In this document: positions 61,663 to 64,000 of the stretch, piece after piece | Layout of the letters: the number at the start of each line of letters is the position of its first letter | How positions within the stretch are numbered: the first letter of the stretch is position 1 | From: an uncultured Gemmatimonadaceae bacterium | GTDB taxonomy: Bacteria; Gemmatimonadota; Gemmatimonadetes; Gemmatimonadales; Gemmatimonadaceae | Assembly (NCBI GenBank): GCA_963817955.1 | Contig: CAWFQK010000005.1 | Location: forward strand, 96,001-160,000 | DNA length: 64,000 bases | Direction of reading: 5' to 3' | Notes under the pieces: model-generated | The model's database searches: none | Told to the model about the DNA's origin: nothing | The model's input: only the letters and a program-made list of their open reading frames with translations | Translations under genes and position numbers: made by a program

Positions 61663-62049
61663 ATGAAGCGAGTCACTGGCATCGGCGGCATCTTCTTCAA
61701 GGCGAAGGATGCACCGGCGATGCAGGCTTGGTACAAGCGCCATCTCGGCATCGATGTCCAGGAGTGGGGCGGTACCGCGTTCACCTGGACCGACTCAGAT
61801 GGCAAGCCCACGGGCGGAACGACCGTCTGGTCGGTTGCTCCGGAGGAGAGCAAGCAGTTTGCTCCCAGCACGGCCTCGTTCATGGTCAACTACCGCGTTG
61901 AGGACCTTTACGCTTTGGTCACGGCGCTCAGAGCGGAGGGCTGCAACGTCCTCGACAAGATCGATGACTCGGAGTACGGCAAGTTTGCCTGGGTCATCGA
62001 TCCGGAGGGAAACAAGGTTGAGTTGTGGCAGCCGCCGGCTGGTCAATAA
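61663..62049 (+). CDS. VOC/glyoxalase family protein
   Basis: VTGIGGIFFK, MVNYRV, YGKFAWVIDPEGNKVELWQP. Confidence 0.92.
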   Translation: MKRVTGIGGIFFKAKDAPAMQAWYKRHLGIDVQEWGGTAFTWTDSDGKPTGGTTVWSVAPEESKQFAPSTASFMVNYRVEDLYALVTALRAEGCNVLDKIDDSEYGKFAWVIDPEGNKVELWQPPAGQ

Positions 62050-62050
62050 G

Positions 62051-62113
62051 GGGACACGGGACACGGGCGGGGACACTCACAACGCACAACTCACAACTGG
62101 AAACTCGAACCTC
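62051..62113. repeat. Heptamer tandem arrays
   Basis: gggacac x2, then ACAACTC-like 7-mers. Confidence 0.7.
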
Positions 62114-62184
62114 GCCGACCGGTGGGCCGACCGCTACGGAGCCGCCAGCGACATCCAGCCGCTCAAGACCCGGAGTCCAATTGC

Positions 62185-63837
62185 TCACTCCAGCTGCCCG
62201 CCTCGCTCGCGGTACCATGCCGCCGTCTCCCGTGCATCACATACGACAGCGTCCGGGAATCCCCCCAGGGCAAGGATCGCGATCGCGTTCGTGCTGACGG
62301 ACGTACCCTCGTGGAGAAGATATTCAAAGGAGAGTTGGCCATTCCGCACCTCCTCCCGGAAGTGGAATGGCAGGTACTGCGGCAGCAGCTTCACAAGATC
62401 CATGTCATGAGTGGCGACGATGACCAGATCTCCCTCGCGGTCGAGGTGGGCGAGCACCGCCTTCGCCGCGGCAACACGCTCGATGGAATTCGTCCCCCGA
62501 AACAGCTCGTCGATCAGGATCAAGCGTGAGTCAGCGCCCGTCGAGGTGAGGAGCGACGCGACCGCATTGACCTCCGCGCGGTAATAGCTCGTCCCTTCGA
62601 TCAGGCTGTCCACGCGGCCAATCAACGTCAGCACTGCGAGGACCGGTGCCTCCCAGCTGTCCGCGAAGACGGTGTGGAGAGACTGGGCGAGAATGGCGTT
62701 GACGCCAACGCTACGGAGAAACGTGGACTTGCCCGACATGTTGGAGCCGGTGACGAGCATGCTGCGCCCCTCGATGTCCAACGTGCTGCCGACCGGATTG
62801 GAGAGCAGGGGATGAGAAAGCCCTGAGAATGCGAGCCGCCGTGCACCGTTGGGGCAGAACGTCGGCCTGCACCAGCGCGCCTCCTCCAGGCGTAGCGTCG
62901 CCACGGATTGTAGCACGTCGAGCTCACCGATCGCTTCGTACGCTTCCCGAATCGTATGCTGCCCTGCGCGAATGGACGTGGCGCTCAATGCGTACGAGGA
63001 GACGTCGATCAGAAACAGTAGGTTCAGATACTCGTATAACATTCCGCCTAGCGTGTGTCTGTCCGGCTCGAACGCGAGCCAGGTGGCACCGCGTCCAATC
63101 CACTGCAGCCGCGGGACTGCACGCCGAAGCGTCTCGGTGCGAGAATTGAGCTCGGGCGCGCCCAGCGAGCCAAGGGCTCGGCACGCCTTCAGCAGCGTCG
63201 GAAGCATCCGCATCGCCGGCAGTGCAAATTCGATCGGCGGACGCACGGCCGCCCGGACGTAGGCGTTGACGAGCATCATGGCGACCACAGCCAGGATCGC
63301 CTGTGGGAACCAGAACATGGCGGCGAAACTGCCAAGCCCGAACACACTGAGAAGTGGATAGACCGCTGGCCAGCGCAGGGGAATGGCGTCCATTCCCTGA
63401 AACAGCCGGCGCAGCGCACTGGCGCCTTCATCGGCCAGTGGCGACAGCCTCGATCGTATCGACCGCCTCAGCTCGTGCTCGCCAATCAGCCGATTAACGC
63501 AGATCTCGAAGTGCTCCAGAGACGCGATCGTGTGGTCGGATCGCCTGAGTCGGGCGTACAGCAGATGCTGGCCCGGCCAGCTCGCCGTGCGATCGAGGCG
63601 TTGATAGACCGCATCCATGTCGAGATCGATCCACGCACTCTCGGGATGCGCGGCGGGTGGCGGACTGATCGAGGTGAAGTAAAGCGCGACGTCCGCCATG
63701 TCATGCACGCGGTCGACGTCATGCTCTTTTCGTCGGCGGAGCGCCAGCGTCATCCCGATGGCCCGGATTCCGAAGGACACGACGATGAACAGAAACAGGG
63801 CGCCGACGAGAAGGGGCGCGGAGCCGAGGTGCGTCAT
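62185..63837 (-). CDS. Membrane-associated MutS-related ATPase (domain V only)
   Basis: TM segments; HPLL, TGSNMSGKSTFLR, SYY.AEV, IDELFRGTN, ATHD. Confidence 0.88.
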   Translation of the reverse strand: MTHLGSAPLLVGALFLFIVVSFGIRAIGMTLALRRRKEHDVDRVHDMADVALYFTSISPPPAAHPESAWIDLDMDAVYQRLDRTASWPGQHLLYARLRRSDHTIASLEHFEICVNRLIGEHELRRSIRSRLSPLADEGASALRRLFQGMDAIPLRWPAVYPLLSVFGLGSFAAMFWFPQAILAVVAMMLVNAYVRAAVRPPIEFALPAMRMLPTLLKACRALGSLGAPELNSRTETLRRAVPRLQWIGRGATWLAFEPDRHTLGGMLYEYLNLLFLIDVSSYALSATSIRAGQHTIREAYEAIGELDVLQSVATLRLEEARWCRPTFCPNGARRLAFSGLSHPLLSNPVGSTLDIEGRSMLVTGSNMSGKSTFLRSVGVNAILAQSLHTVFADSWEAPVLAVLTLIGRVDSLIEGTSYYRAEVNAVASLLTSTGADSRLILIDELFRGTNSIERVAAAKAVLAHLDREGDLVIVATHDMDLVKLLPQYLPFHFREEVRNGQLSFEYLLHEGTSVSTNAIAILALGGFPDAVVCDARETAAWYRERGGQLE

Positions 63838-64000
63838 GCTTGCCAGAGCCGCGCGGCCGTACCCCTGCGCACCTCGACCGCCTTCCGCACTACCGCTGTA
63901 CCCTCCGCACCCCGTCGATCAACCGCTCGACTTCATCCTCGCTCGTGTAACAACTGCACCCCACTCTGAGCAATCCATCCGGCACGAGCCCCAGCCGCTG

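Overview
GC-rich bacterial chromosomal window; the gene content and lineage-typical hypothetical proteins suggest Gemmatimonadota (inference, no search run). About 50 protein genes and two tRNAs (Gln-CTG, Ala-CGC). Main blocks, left to right: a solute-binding protein/MCP pair; a 2-kb segment bracketed by inverted REP-like elements that holds a broken gene and a 21-nt-period heptad array; M28 peptidase; Cys/Met lyase-queC-queE; cell-envelope genes; a permease-less MacAB-like exporter operon with two ATPases and an NtrC/NtrY-type pair, with an orphan ADOP-type permease about 13 kb downstream; a CheB/CheR/PAS-kinase cluster with no chemotaxis core (split MAC-like methylation system, one kinase frameshifted); cfa; a sugar ABC transporter with GH38 alpha-mannosidase; a HigBA2-like toxin-antitoxin pair; an integrase-less 8.5-kb island at tRNA-Gln carrying TolC/MFP/RND, a two-component system and PepSY; then housekeeping genes. 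Best candidates for undescribed biology: the MAC-like cluster with sigma54-like promoters and a recurring small unannotated domain, and the REP-bracketed cassette. Where stated, start codons were moved from the ORF track by eye.
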